Origin: the human T2T-CHM13v2.0 reference genome, Homo sapiens
DNA length: 64,000 nucleotides
Strand: one strand, 5' to 3'
NCBI RefSeq assembly: GCF_009914755.1
Contig: NC_060928.1
Both the position numbers and the translations under genes were made by a program. Position 1 is the first letter of the stretch. Every line of letters begins with the position of its first letter. Positions 1 to 18,715 of the stretch are shown piece by piece. The notes under the pieces were generated by a model, which was not told the origin of the DNA, did not search any database, and was given only the letters and a program-made list of their open reading frames with translations.

Positions 1-1
1 G

Positions 2-916
2 ATGGAGAATGATTTTGATGAGCTGAGAGAAGAAGGCTTCAGACGATCAAATTACTCTGAGCTACGGGAGGACATTCAAACCAAAGGCAAAGAAGTTGAA
101 AACTTTGAAAAAAATTTAGAAGAATGTATAACTAGAATAACCAATACAGAGAAGTGCTTAAAGGAGCTGATGGAGCTGAAAACCAAGGCTCGAGAACTAC
201 GTGAAGAATGCAGAAGCCTCAGGAGCCGATGTGATCAACTGGAAGAAAGGGTATCAGCAATGGAAGATGAAATGAATGAAATGAAGCGAGAAGGGAAGTT
301 TAGAGAAAAAAGAATAAAAAGAAATGAGCAAAGCCTCCAAGAAATATGGGACTATGTGAAAAGACCAAATCTACGTCTGATTGGTGTACCTGAAAGTGAT
401 GTGGAGAATGGAACCAAGTTGGAAAACACTCTGCAGGATATTATCCAGGAGAACTTCCCCAATCTAGCAAGGCAGGCCAACGTTCAGATTCAGGAAATAC
501 AGAGAACGCCACAAAGATACTCCTCGAGAAGAGCAACTCCAAGACACATAATTGTCAGATTCACCAAAGTTGAAATGAAGGAAAAAATGTTAAGGGCAGC
601 CAGAGAGAAAGGTCGGGTTACCCTCAAAGGAAAGCCCATCAGACTAACAGCGGATCTCTCGGCAGAAACCCTACAAGCCAGAAGAGAGTGGGGGCCAATA
701 TTCAACATTCTTAAAGAAAAGAATTTTCAACCCAGAATTTCATATCCAGCCAAACTAAGCTTCATAAGTGAAGGAGAAATAAAATACTTTATAGACAAGC
801 AAATGTTGAGAGATTTTGTCACCACCAGGCCTGCCCTAAAAGAGCTCCTGAAGGAAGCGCTAAACATGGAAAGGAACAACCGGTACCAGCCGCTGCAAAA
901 CCATGCCAAAATGTAA
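2..916 (+). CDS. ORF1: LINE-1 ORF1p RNA-binding/chaperone protein, partial (about the first 34 aa are upstream; this ATG is internal)
   Basis: Coiled coil, RRM and CTD match human ORF1p. REKG, ARR and YPAKLS motifs are intact, and it ends NHAKM*. Confidence 0.97.
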   Translation: MENDFDELREEGFRRSNYSELREDIQTKGKEVENFEKNLEECITRITNTEKCLKELMELKTKARELREECRSLRSRCDQLEERVSAMEDEMNEMKREGKFREKRIKRNEQSLQEIWDYVKRPNLRLIGVPESDVENGTKLENTLQDIIQENFPNLARQANVQIQEIQRTPQRYSSRRATPRHIIVRFTKVEMKEKMLRAAREKGRVTLKGKPIRLTADLSAETLQARREWGPIFNILKEKNFQPRISYPAKLSFISEGEIKYFIDKQMLRDFVTTRPALKELLKEALNMERNNRYQPLQNHAKM

Positions 917-955
917 AGACCATCGAGACTAGGAAGAAACTGCATCAACTAATGA

Positions 956-4807
<3,852 letters not shown>

Positions 4808-4850
4808 ACAATGAGATCACATGGACACAGGAAGGGGAATATCACACTCT

Positions 4851-4884
4851 GGGGACTGTGGTGGGGTCGGGGGAGGGGGGAGGG
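4851..4884 (+). other. G-rich tract of L1 3' UTR (G-quadruplex-capable)
   Basis: GGGGACTGTGGTGGGGTCGGGGGAGGGGGGAGGG; a standard L1HS 3' UTR feature. Confidence 0.75.
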
Positions 4885-5009
4885 ATAGCATTGGGAGATA
4901 TACCTAATGCTAGATGACACATTAGTGGGTGCAGCGCACCAGCATGGCACATGTATACATATGTAACTAACCTGCACAATGTGCACATGTACCCTAAAAC
5001 TTAGAGTAT

Positions 5010-5080
5010 AATAAAAAAAAAAAAAAAAAAAAAATCATATGTTTGAAAGCATCAAAAAAAAAAAAAAAAAAAAAAAAAAA
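5010..5080 (+). terminator. L1 AATAAA plus bipartite poly(A): A22, 19-nt spacer, A27
   Basis: AATAAA 5010-5015; A 5013-5034; TCATATGTTTGAAAGCATC 5035-5053; A 5054-5080. Confidence 0.9.
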
Positions 5081-5373
5081 GAAAATTATACTAAAAATTA
5101 GGTATTCAAATGAAAATTATTTAATTCATACCTCACACCATGTACAAAAATTAACTCAAAATGCATCATAGATCTAAATATAAAATGATACAACTTCTAG
5201 AAAACAAGGAAAAAAATCTTAGTACTCTTGGATTAGGCAAAGGTTTTCTAGATATGAGACCAAAAACATAATCCATAAAAAAATTAAGTGGGACTCCATT
5301 AAATTTGAAAATTCTGGTCTTTTAAAGACACTGACAGGAAAATATAGTTATATAGCTAATATGGGGGAGGGAG

Positions 5374-5765
5374 TGGTATGGATTGAATGTTTGTGTCCTC
5401 TCTAAAATTCATGTTAAAACTAAATTTCCAATGCAGCAGCATTAAGAGGTGCGGCCTTTAAGAGATGACTTGGCCATGCTGGCTCTGCCTTCATCAATAA
5501 ATTCCTGCCTTAGAAAAGTCTTGAGAGCGTGAGTTTACCTCTACTGTCCCTTCCACCTTGGGAGGACACAGTATTTATTCCTCTGGAGCATGCAGGAACA
5601 GGGCACCATCTTGGAAGCAGAAAACAGCCCTTACCAGACACTGAACCTGCAGACACCTTGATCTTAGACTTTTCAACCTCCAGAACTGTGAGCAATATAT
5701 TTATGCTATTTATAAATTACCCAGTCTAAGGTTTTTTGTTATAGCATCACAAATGAACTAAGACA
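5374..5765 (+). mobile_element. MaLR solo LTR (MLT1A/MST-like)
   Basis: TGGTATGGATTGAATG...AACTAAGACA ends; TSD GGGAG/GGAAG; TCCAGAACTGTGAG motif. Confidence 0.85.
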
Positions 5766-6026
5766 GGAAGAGGAGAAAACTTGTACTTAGAATATGTGAA
5801 GTGCTCTCAAAACTGAATAATAAGAAAATAAACAACCTATTTAAAGAATGGACAAGAGTTTGAGCAGACACTTCCACCAACAAAGATGTACAAAGGGCAA
5901 ATAAGCACAAAGAAAGATACTCCATATATTAGTCATGAAGAAAATGCAAATTCAACCATAATGAGATACTGTTACACTCCTGGTAAACTGACTAAGTTAA
6001 TATTCTGATCATACCAAGTATGGTGA

Positions 6027-6627
<601 letters not shown>

Positions 6628-8761
6628 CTATTTAGCATTAAAGTGGAATGAAATATTGATGTGCACAGCAAAACATCTCAAAATAATTATATATAAGAAG
6701 CCAGATAAAAGGGTACACATTGTGTGATCCTATTTATGTAAAATTGTCAAAACAGAAAAAAACCCACAACACCTCATGTAGAAAACAGACCCATGTTTTC
6801 CTGGGGAAGGTGGTGAGGAGGGCTGGGAGAAACAAGAGAAAGTTCCAGGGATGATAGATATATATGTTCACTACTTTGATTAGAATTATTTTACGAGTCT
6901 ATACATATACCAAAACTTAGATACTTTAAATATGTACAATTTGTTGTATGTCAAGTATAGCTTACTTTAAAAATGTAAAACTATAAGACAAAAAGAATTA
7001 TCATTTAGAATTTTTTACTGAATCAAAATATTTTGCAGATGCATCGAATTCTCTGCTTCCTATCATTTAGTCAACCATTTGCAGAGGCCTAGAGATAGTT
7101 TTGGCATGGAATAGATAGTGTCTTTTCATTTAGCATGGCTAACATTTAACTTAAAAATTGTAAAGATACTAACAGATTAGAAGTTAAATGCTTATTCGCT
7201 GATAACATCTTCAACATTGAGATTCAAAGCATTGTGCCCCTTAAAGATTAGTTCACCACTGGCCATCAGTAGCCACTTTTATTTAATTATATTTATAAAA
7301 TTTAAATGAATCAATGCTCTTGCCTAAGAAAATTATACCCAGGAGTACAGAATGAAAAATGAAAGTCCTCCTGCTCATTTTTCATTTCTAAGTACTTCTT
7401 CACGATTAACAATGAGAGCAAGGTTGACAAAGATGATGAACTGCCATTTCTAATCCTTCCTGGCAATTGCATTCACTTATTTTCTTTTGTGAACAGGAAA
7501 GTACTTGGAGAGAAATTATACAGTGATTCATGGTTCTGGGGAAGGCTGCTGATATTTTGATCAGGCCACCTCAGTGCCCTCAGGAAATCAAAGTGTCCTA
7601 TCACTCTGTATCCATTATCATTACAAAGATGGTCTGCTTTTAAACCATCTTGATTTCCAGGTAGTAAATGATTTTTTAAATAAAAGGTGTTTCTAAAAGT
7701 ATTCATTTGTACTTTTTCTTCATCAAAAGAGTATTATTTTTATTTTAGGAAAGAACAACTGGAGAGAAAGAGAGAAAGGCTTCTTGCATCCCCATTTTAT
7801 TTGCTTTTAATCGTTGCCTTTACCCCAGGCTTCTTGGTAATGTGATGGTGTTAACTAGGAGTCCTTATCTCTGGGGCAATGACCACAAAAGGAAAGTTTA
7901 GTAGTAGTGTCAGGGAACCACAAGTTTCAGACTTTAGTAGCTGTCCATGAAGATTGTTTAGCTCTATCCAACACTTTCTGCAACTTGATGGCCATAGTTT
8001 CCTGAGTCTGAGTCTTTAGTGCACCAAAAAGAAGTATCCATACCTGGAAAAGTTTCTGTTAGGCACAGGTATGCAGATTCTTTCTTTAACCATAGGCTAG
8101 ATAGGCTATGGAAATGGATATGCAAATAAAGGACAGCTTTACCGAAACTATCTAAATTTTTCTCTTATATCCAAAGATCTGTTATCCTAGGGTAGCTGGA
8201 GTCCTAATTTCCAAAATTTTCAGAAAAGAACTCAACAACCAAAGAAAGATTAGGGAGATAACTAGTATCTACTGAGTCCCCACTATATGCTCACACAGAA
8301 ACTTATATTTGTAAATCTTATATCTCAAGGCCACATTAGTCTGGAAAAAAATAAAGTGGGGTCAAGACAAGAACTAGCAACAGCATATCTGCCTCTGCCT
8401 TCACTGTCTCTTGTAGGATCTCTACACTATCTTCTTTAAACATGATTTGCTAGCAGTTCTGGGAGTCCTCTGGTGTAGCTCAAAGATGCTCACAGAGAGC
8501 ATCCTCTCAGTATCTCGAAGCATCTGCCAATTCCTTCCTCCTGGCTTATCAGTCTTTGATCTATGACGGCTATCAGACCTGCTGAAAGTCATGAAACAGC
8601 TAAACTACTTCCACTCTGCCAATAGCCCTAGGGATGTTGCATTCACAGGTACATTTATTTAAAAATTCTCCCTGTGAAGAGTTGATGTACGTGCATGTTA
8701 AGTCAACCTATAGCTACAGCTTTGAACAGTTATGGCTCTCTAATCAGGAATTAAAACTCTA

Positions 8762-9060
<299 letters not shown>

Positions 9061-9263
9061 GAATTAAAACTCTAGAGATGGTTACTTAAGCACTTAATAG
9101 TGTTATCAGAAGTTGTGCCAGAGGGTTTACTGGCAAAAATAGATATTAGAAATAAGTTTTAATTGAGTAAATGAGGTTCTAATGCTACCAAATTCAGTCA
9201 CAGTCTTGGAAATTCTCTATTTGGTTTTGTTTGGGTTTCATATGTATGTAGTCATACTTTATA

Positions 9264-9265
<2 letters not shown>

Positions 9266-9306
<41 letters not shown>
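9266..9306. repeat. (TG)n microsatellite
   Basis: About 20 perfect TG units. Confidence 0.95.
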
Positions 9307-9309
<3 letters not shown>

Positions 9310-11209
9310 ATAGTGCAGCCCTCTCCTTAGGCTTCTGATATGAGAACCTGGGCCTGAACAGAAGGACATCAGAATGGTTCGTCCCAATTAGTACTCAAAC
9401 ACTCCCAGCCTTTGGTCCTGATTTTCTGTATTCACAATCTTTTGTGCAATCTCTACTTTGTATTACCTTAACAGAGTTATTTCCCATAATAATTTCTTTT
9501 CTCTTAAGCTTTAGACCTCTGTTAGGCCCATTCTATAATGCCCACACATGTTTATACCAAAGAAGAACACTCCTATTTCTGTGGAAAGACAAATTAAACT
9601 TCTGTCTATCAGAGCCTTAGTAAATAGAAGTTCAAAAAGCAGAGTTTTTATAGGAAAAGAAGGAATCTTGAGATTAAAGTGCATTCAAGGAAACACCAAA
9701 TTATATTTAGTAGAGCTTTACCAGAGATTTATTTTTGGAAATTGTTCTGATAGTCAAACTAGATAGTAGATTCCCCATTCACGGAGTTCTATGTGGAAAT
9801 ACTCAAAATTATAGGTTAAGCATGGTAGATCTTTCATTAGCATCAATTTTACCAAGCTATTTTTGCCAGGATAAAGGGAAGTATTTTTATATAAGTAAAA
9901 ATAGTGTACTACTGAATAATAAACATAATTTGCTTCGGTTTCTAACAGAAGTCTTTGAAGAAATGTTGTTTTCTTGGTTAGCCATTTAGTGTAAGGCCCC
10001 AGACTTTTCTGGAAAATTTAGGTAAGCACTAAAAAGCAATATTTGGGATTGTCAGCAAACATTAAATCACTGTATCTAAATATGAATCTTCTATATTTTA
10101 ATTTTAACCATGATCCCTGCAATTTGAAGTGAGGTAAGAGGAAGAGAAGGAAAGATCATCCATTTTAAAGAACAAAGAGGCCAAAACAAGCAATATCATA
10201 ATAAATGTAGCATAGAATTATAGAGAAACCTGAATTGAATTACATTGTGATTGCTCAGTATTATATCACAGTCATATGTATTTTAAGATGAATTGCTGGG
10301 GTTTTAATTAACATGTAGGAAATAAAACAGTGGAAAATAATTTTAAACATATTTATAACATATATGATAATACACCTGCTTTTAATAAGTCAGCTGAATT
10401 ACATTTTTGTATGTAAAAGTTAATTTTCCTATTTCATAGATATGGAAGTTTGATTTGTTTTCTAATTTTTCTTTAACTCCTTGCATTAGATGAATCCTAT
10501 ATCTCCAAGTACTATATTTAGTCAAGTAGATTTCCTTTTTAAGTGAAAAATGGGTTTTGAGATAGAAAAGAGCTTTGCCTTAATATGCCAATTATACAGC
10601 TCTTTTTAACTCTAACTTGTAGTCTGAGAGATGGTAAGATTTTTCAGTTCAGTTGCTCTCAACAACTGAGATATTGACTGACTCAAGTTTGAGTTACAAA
10701 TAAATCTACATAAAAACTTTCACTTTATTGATTCTTTTCAAAAACTTCTAATTATGCTTTCAGGTGGTTAAATGGCAAAATCTAACTGCATCTATGACAA
10801 AGTGAGCTATATTAAAACTGTGGGATAAAGGAGAAAATGACTACTAACCAGTGGGCAACTGTCAACAATACTTCCCTAAAACAACTGTTGACAAGCTGCT
10901 AGACAAATGTCAACTTAGATGAGTTCAATAAAAGTAGATCCTGCAGAATGAGAGGGAGTCCCTGTGTTGGCAGAGAGGAGCCTGTCTTTGTTAGAGACAG
11001 AATACTAAAACTGTGCTGATCTTGGGTGGCTGTACCCAAGAATTCATCCTTTCACTGGACAGTTTCCAAGTTATTGTACTTTATAAAATAATTGGCATTA
11101 TCATGTTTCCATATACTAAGTCAATATAAGTGCATTTTCAGAACAGCGATGGGATCAGATTTCACTCAGAATCCCTCTGTCAGAAGAATCCAGAACTCAC
11201 AAAATCCTA

Positions 11210-11430
11210 TTGTTCCAATTAAGAACATGGATTTGGGAACACCTGGATTTGAATCCTGCCCTTCTTTTTAGCTTGGTGACCTTGGCCAAGTCACCAAGTG
11301 ATCCTTTATTTGTAGAATAGGAATAGTCATAGTTAGCTCCATGTTGCCCGGGAAGAATAAATGTAGTGACATGTGTGTGAGATCTTAGTAGAGCACATGG
11401 ACTCAGCACTTGCTCAGTTCATGGTAGCTC
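11210..11430 (+). mobile_element. MIR SINE fragment
   Basis: ACCTGGATTTGAATCCTG...GTGACCTTGGCCAAGTCAC MIR core. Confidence 0.7.
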
Positions 11431-11575
11431 TCAACAGCCTCCAAGACACAAGGAGTCAGCTGACATTTCTATAAATACTTGTCTCAGCTCTTGGGCAAGT
11501 GGGAACTTGTGTTCTACAAACTCTGATCATTGAATCGATAGGATTTCACTTAGCATAGTTCTTTAACTTTCCTAG

Positions 11576-11950
<375 letters not shown>

Positions 11951-12409
11951 TGAATTAATCCATTTAATACTGATATGAACTGTGTGAGATAGAAAGTAAC
12001 CTTATTTTACAGAGAAAAATAAAATTATGTTATAGGATTGCCTTGTATTGAAAAACTAGTGGGGGGAAGAGATGGGATTGAAATGAAAATAATCTAACAC
12101 ATAAACTTGTGTCTTTATTGCTACTTTTATTGCCTCTCCTACTGAGATGTAATGTCCCTAAGGAAAGGATGATTTTGAATGTTTTGATGTCCTCCAAGCA
12201 CTTGACATGTTGTCCTGGCACAGCATGCATGTTGTTCTTTAGGGATCTCCCAATTTATTTGAGGAGATTCAATGTGCAAGGATGGTAAAACATAATGGCA
12301 TTTATAAAGCCCCACTCTGGTCCAAGTATTGGATTCGGTGGCTTATTGGCCTCATTTTATCCTCAAACTGACTTTGAACCATAGGTGTGCTTACCCTTAT
12401 CTATAAGTC

Positions 12410-12895
12410 AATCAGGCTTCCCAGGTATCATACAGACCCCACTCCGGTGTGTTTAAACAGAAATGGAATTCATTAAAGGTAGTTCTGAGAATTTCTAAGT
12501 GAGCTGGAGCATCATACTCAGATGATTCTTGGTCAAGTTCAGTGCCCAACCTCATCCCCAGGACTGCATACGGAAGCGGCACTACAGCTCGTATGGCTAA
12601 CGCTGAACATTGAAATCACTGACACTGTTTTTCTTGGCATCTGCTGGCTTTACCACAACCCTTGCCAGGAAATAGATTCTGTTTCCTCACTTCCAAATTG
12701 AAGTCTTCCAAGAGCGCATCTGATTGATGGAGGCTTAGGTCAAACATCTGCCTTAACTGCAAGGGAAGCTGAAAAAAGTGTGTGAATTTAAATTCAGAGA
12801 AGCAAGACTTGTAAACTGAGGGAATTTCCTGATTACAGGAAAGATATTAAAAAGTGCTAGGTTTGGGGGAAAAAAAACCACTTTGTAAATATCCA
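12410..12895. mobile_element. Old MaLR LTR (MLT1J/K-like)
   Basis: AACTGCAAGGGAAGCTGAAAAA and related motifs; highly diverged. Confidence 0.45.
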
Positions 12896-14218
12896 CTACA
12901 CTTCCATTTTACAGATGAGAAGACTAAAGCTCATAGGTTAGATCACTGAGTGCATATCACGTGAGTAGTAAGCAGAAGACTGAGCATATAGAGGCAGACC
13001 TGTCTCCCCACACAAAGAAATAACAAAGCGATGAGAGGTTTCAACAGTCAATAGCAGAGCAGTTCAGGGGAGGAAGGCTCCCTTCCGGGTGCGGTGATCA
13101 CAAAAGGCCCAAGCAAAGTAACATCATTTGGACAGCTCCCTAGAATCCTCATCTCAAGGCTGTAAGAAAAATCTTAGGAATGATTTAGTGCACATTCTTC
13201 ATTCCACGGAGGAGGAAACTGAGGCTTGTAGAAAAGAATTGCTCTGCCCAAGGTCATAGCCTCTTTGTGGCAAGTAGCTGAAAACCCAAACCCGTGACAG
13301 TAGGTCCAGTGCTCTCTGCAGCAAGCCGTGGACCCCACCTGCTAAATCACATCTCTGGCAGAACTGTCGGGCAGACTTTCTTTGAATTGACAAACAGAAT
13401 GGGAGAGAAAGTCACGTGCTTCAGTCAAAGCAAAAAAGAAAAGCTTTTATTCTGTATGTGGTTTCTCATAGAATACTTCTCGCCCAGCTGCGCCCAAGTA
13501 GGTAAAAGGCTCTTGCTTATGCTAAGGAGCCTTTCTTATCTCTGCACACCCCACTCCTTTCCTGCTAATACCAAGTACAGAAGGCAATGAAAGAAAAGGT
13601 CACCTGCCTTCCTCCTAATGGGACACTGATGTTTTTAAGTGCTCACGTGATCTGTCCCAGAAAATGTCAAATTGTTCCCTTATAACTCTAAGTTGGCGGT
13701 TAGTTGAGTGGCTCTGTTGTCCAGACAATGGATCCACTCAATTTTTGCCTCTCATTTGAACACCCACATTTAAAAAAACTTGGGAAGAAAATAATGGAAA
13801 AGTTGACCTCTCAGTTTTCCGGAAAAGGTGACCATACAAATGTGTCTTTTCTGGCTGTAGGCTTTATGAAACTTCTGAGAAGAAGCGTGGTATTTTAGAT
13901 AAAAACAAGGGTTTGGTTGTTAGACTGTCCTGTGGTTGAAATTCAGCTCTATCCTTGCTGGTGTGTGATCTTGGACAAAAGACTTAAACTTCCTGAGACT
14001 CAGTTTGTATGCAAAATGAGAATAATTATAAATTTGTAGGGGATTAGAAATAATGCAGATTCTTGACATTTATTATGGACTTGTTATACATGAAGGATTA
14101 TTAGTTTCACTCTTTATTTCATTAACTACTTTGACTTAAGCTGGTCTCTTTGATGAACTTTCATTGACTCTCTGGTACTTGACATTTGTATAATATTACT
14201 TTCAAAAATGCATTAGTA

Positions 14219-14525
14219 GGCTGGGCGCAGTGGCTCATGCCTATAATCTCAGCACTTTGGGAGGCCGAGGTGGGCAGATCACCTGGGGTCAGGAACTCAG
14301 ATCAAGACCAGCCTGGCCAACATGGTGAAACCTCATTTCTACTAAAAATACAAAAATTAGCCAGGCCTGGTGGTGCATGCCTGTAATCCCAGCTACTTGG
14401 GAGGCTGAGGCAGAAGAATCACTTGAACCCGTGGAGGTTGCGGTGGACCGAGATTGCACCATTGCACTCCAGCCCCTGGGTGACAGAGCGAGACACTGTC
14501 TCAAAAAAAAAAAAAAGAAAAAAAA
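14219..14525 (+). mobile_element. AluS
   Basis: GGCTGGGCGCAGTGGCTCA start and A tail; TSD GCATTAGTA on both sides. Confidence 0.93.
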
Positions 14526-14614
14526 AGCATTAGTAATATGTTAACTCATATTATTTTCAGCAAGCTTTTTAAAATATGATTTTGTTACTTTTTTTTACAG
14601 ATAAGGACACTGCA

Positions 14615-15680
14615 TTGATGAGTCCTTAAGTAACTGGTGACCAAGATGGCCTTAATGTCTCCCTCAGCTTGACTAAGGTTTACATAGGTTTCTTTTTGAC
14701 TCTAGGCCACTGGCTTCTTTTTTCTTAGATAATTTACTTAAAAAAAAAAACTCTGCAATTGTAAATTATTTCTCTACAATCTAGAGATGTCTTTCTCAAG
14801 GATTTGGGACTAATTTCCTTGAAGTCATAGAAGAAAATAAGATGCCTATCTTCCTATCTTTGGGAGGGTAGAGGATCCTTAGACAAGTGACAGCCAATAC
14901 AAATGGCCTAATCACATTGACCAACTACAGTAGTCCTCCCTTATCCTTATCCGTGAGGGATATGGATAATTCATTTCAGTAAATGCCTGAAACCACAGAT
15001 AGTTCTGACCCCTATGTCTATTACACACAAATTTCTTTTTCCTTCACAATTTCGTGGATAGAAGATTCATTCTTACCCTAGATTTTAGCAACTTCAGCAT
15101 ACGATTTTTTTCCTTAACTAGACAACTTTCACCTTTTCACCCAAAGGAAATACTTTATGGCTTCTCATTGGAATATTCAAATTGCCAGTATCACTACTCT
15201 TGTGCTTTGGGGCCATGATTAAATAAAATAAGAGTTACTTGAACGCAAGCACTGCAATACTTCACAGTTCATCTGATAACTGAGAAGACTACTAAGTGAC
15301 AAAGGGAGGATTCATGTCCCAAGCAGGAAAGAGTGGGCCAGGGTAAGATTTTGACATGCTACGCAGAATGCCATGCAGTTTATGACTTATAAATTGTTTA
15401 TGTCTGGGATTTTCCTTTAATATTTTAGATGGCAGCTGACCACAGATAAATGAAACTACAGAAAGGGAAACCCCAAATAAGGGAGGACTATGGTATACCT
15501 CTACCGTCTTCCAGTACTTTTCCATTAGCTCATCCCAGAGTTTAAAACTCCCATTTGTTTTTTTTTAGAGTTGTGTTCACCCTTTCTCTTTCCCATTGCA
15601 ATAATCTTGACCTCTACTGAAATAGTCCAGAATAAAACCTTTCTTGCCTGTCTAACTTGTCTGAGGCAATTTCTTTTACA
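14615..15680 (+). mobile_element. ERV1-class LTR (MER31/MER34-like) split by a MER44 insertion
   Basis: CCCTCAGCTTGACTAA...TGCAATTGTAAATT motifs upstream; AATAAA and terminal CA downstream of the insert. Confidence 0.5.
14928..15493. mobile_element. MER44 (Tigger7-derived) DNA transposon
   Basis: TIRs CAGTAGTCCTCCCTTAT / ATAAGGGAGGACTATGG, flanked by TA at 14926-14927 and 15494-15495. Confidence 0.85.
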
Positions 15681-16112
15681 CTGGCCCAAAGTCACTGAAT
15701 TAGACAAGGTAAAGCTAAGATTTTTAGTCAAGTCATTTGTGTTTTTCTCATATGGACTTAAGTTGGGCTTTAAGACCAAGACTGCAGACCAAATTTTTAT
15801 TCTAAGAAAGGCATTATCCTGGAATCACAATCTAACTAAAACAGCCTTTGTTTTCTCCTCTGAAAAGTGAGAAAGCTGGACTAGATTCCTGTCTCACAGT
15901 TGGATCTTGGAGATCCTTCACAAGCCTTGATGGACTAGGGAAGAGGGGACCAAAAGAGGCCTGACTGGGGGCTCCACAATCATGCATGCTTAATAAATAA
16001 ATAAAATAAATTGGGGCCATATGTTGACCTCATCAAGAAGGGTGGATGCTGCTACAAGTAAAAAAATGGAAAATCACTGGATTCTAACATTTATATGGCC
16101 TGTTCTAGCTCT

Positions 16113-16536
<424 letters not shown>

Positions 16537-17145
16537 TAATACTGTTGCTGATAAGCAGATATTCAGTGAGTAGGTACTCCTCAGACACTATCTATTTACA
16601 TTTTCATTAAACAGGATCTACTTTGGAGATAATTTCCAAGTCAAAAAGAAGAAAAGCACTTAATTGATAGGAATTCCAGATCCCTGAACTAGGATGACAG
16701 GTGCAATTGGCTTATTCACTCAAGAGTTATTGAATGCCTACTATATATAGGATTCAAATCCCTGCATTGTGTAGGGATTTCAATATAGAGTTAAAAAAAT
16801 CTGGCCCGTGGAGAATACAATCTAGTAAAAGAGATTTGCTATATACTCAAGCATTCTCAAAATCCTAAATTTAAGGAAGAAGAATTGCTGATTTAGCTTT
16901 TTGGAGTTTTAATTCAATAAGAATAAACACAAACTATGCTCAAGGTATCTTACCAAACCATATATTACAGGGAATAGGAGATGAGATTCACAGAAGCAGG
17001 AAAGATTGTTTACCTTTATATCTCTTCTCTCCTTCAACTCTCTACTTCACACCTATCTTCTTCATAGCAGGGCTCAAAACATGGCTATTAAATGCGTAAG
17101 TAAATATTTAATAACTACTTCCTGCATTAAAATTATATTACATTT

Positions 17146-17504
<359 letters not shown>

Positions 17505-18416
17505 TTAAACAAAGTTTGCAATAATTTATCCCCCATGTTTTACAGGTTATTATACTTTTCCAAATTAAATTCAGGATTCAACTGCTAATCTTGGCTTGAG
17601 CAAGACAAATCTATTAGCATGCCCCAGGCAGGTTTATCAAAAACATCTTTTTACTATTAAAGCCTCAACCTACTTCAGCTACAAATCCCTGCAGACTTAC
17701 TTAGCATAAGGCACTATCATTTCTATCTTCATTACAACACAGTTTAATTATCTGCCTTAGAAATAAGGTTCTTCCTCTTAATGAAAGTGGTTAGTCTGGT
17801 GGCTCCAAAGGGCACAAGGCAGTTTCAAGGCTTAATTCTGATTATATATGCAATTACAAGTTAGAAAATATGCTTGAAAGTCAATGAAAGTTCTTTCATC
17901 TATTTCTCCAGTTAGAAAACATAAACATTGGTTGGAACGAAGATTTTGTTGTTGATGTTTTACTTGTCTAGAGCATTGCTTTTCAAATTTGAAGATGGCG
18001 CTTCCAGGTGTCACTTAGTGTCATCTGATGTCAGTTCCATCGTTACTGGGGTTCACATGAAGGTAGTGGATTCACAGACCTCAGTTTATTTCCAGGTATA
18101 GTAACCATGTGTCCAGGATAGTTATTTAAGTCCCATGGGTTTAACTTTCTCATCTGGAGTCCTACTTTTTGGGGTTGGTGATGATATTTAAGGAAATAAT
18201 AGGCATGTGATTGGTGAGAATGTTAGCTAGTAATTATATTACTTCACTTAACTTCTCCCTTCCAAAACTGCCTATTCTAAGTGTTTGCTTCCTCCTGTCC
18301 TGTCGTCAGCCATATTTCTAACATCCCATTCTCATCTGAGGACCATATCTCCTGTGTCACTGAGAAAAGGAGTCACCAGAGAACTCCTTCTAGTTTTCTG
18401 TCTTCTAACACCAAAC

Positions 18417-18715
18417 TTTTTTTTTTTTTTTTTTTGTTTTGAGTGTCTCATTCATTGCTCAGGTTGCAGTGCAAGTGGCATGATCTCAGCTCACTGCAGC
18501 CTTGACCTCCTGGGTTCAGGTGATTCTCCCACCTCATCCTACTGAGTGGCTGGGACCACAGGTTGCACCACCATGCCCAGCTAATTTTTGTGTTTTTAGC
18601 AGAGTTTGGGTTTTGCCATGTTGCCCAGGCTGGTCTCAACATCCTGGACTCAAGCAATCCACCTGCCTTGGCCTCCCAAAGTGCTGTGATTACAGGCGTG
18701 AGCCACCACGCCCAG
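18417..18715 (-). mobile_element. AluJ
   Basis: Reverse Alu with CAGCCTTGACCTCCTGGG J-type motif. Confidence 0.88.
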
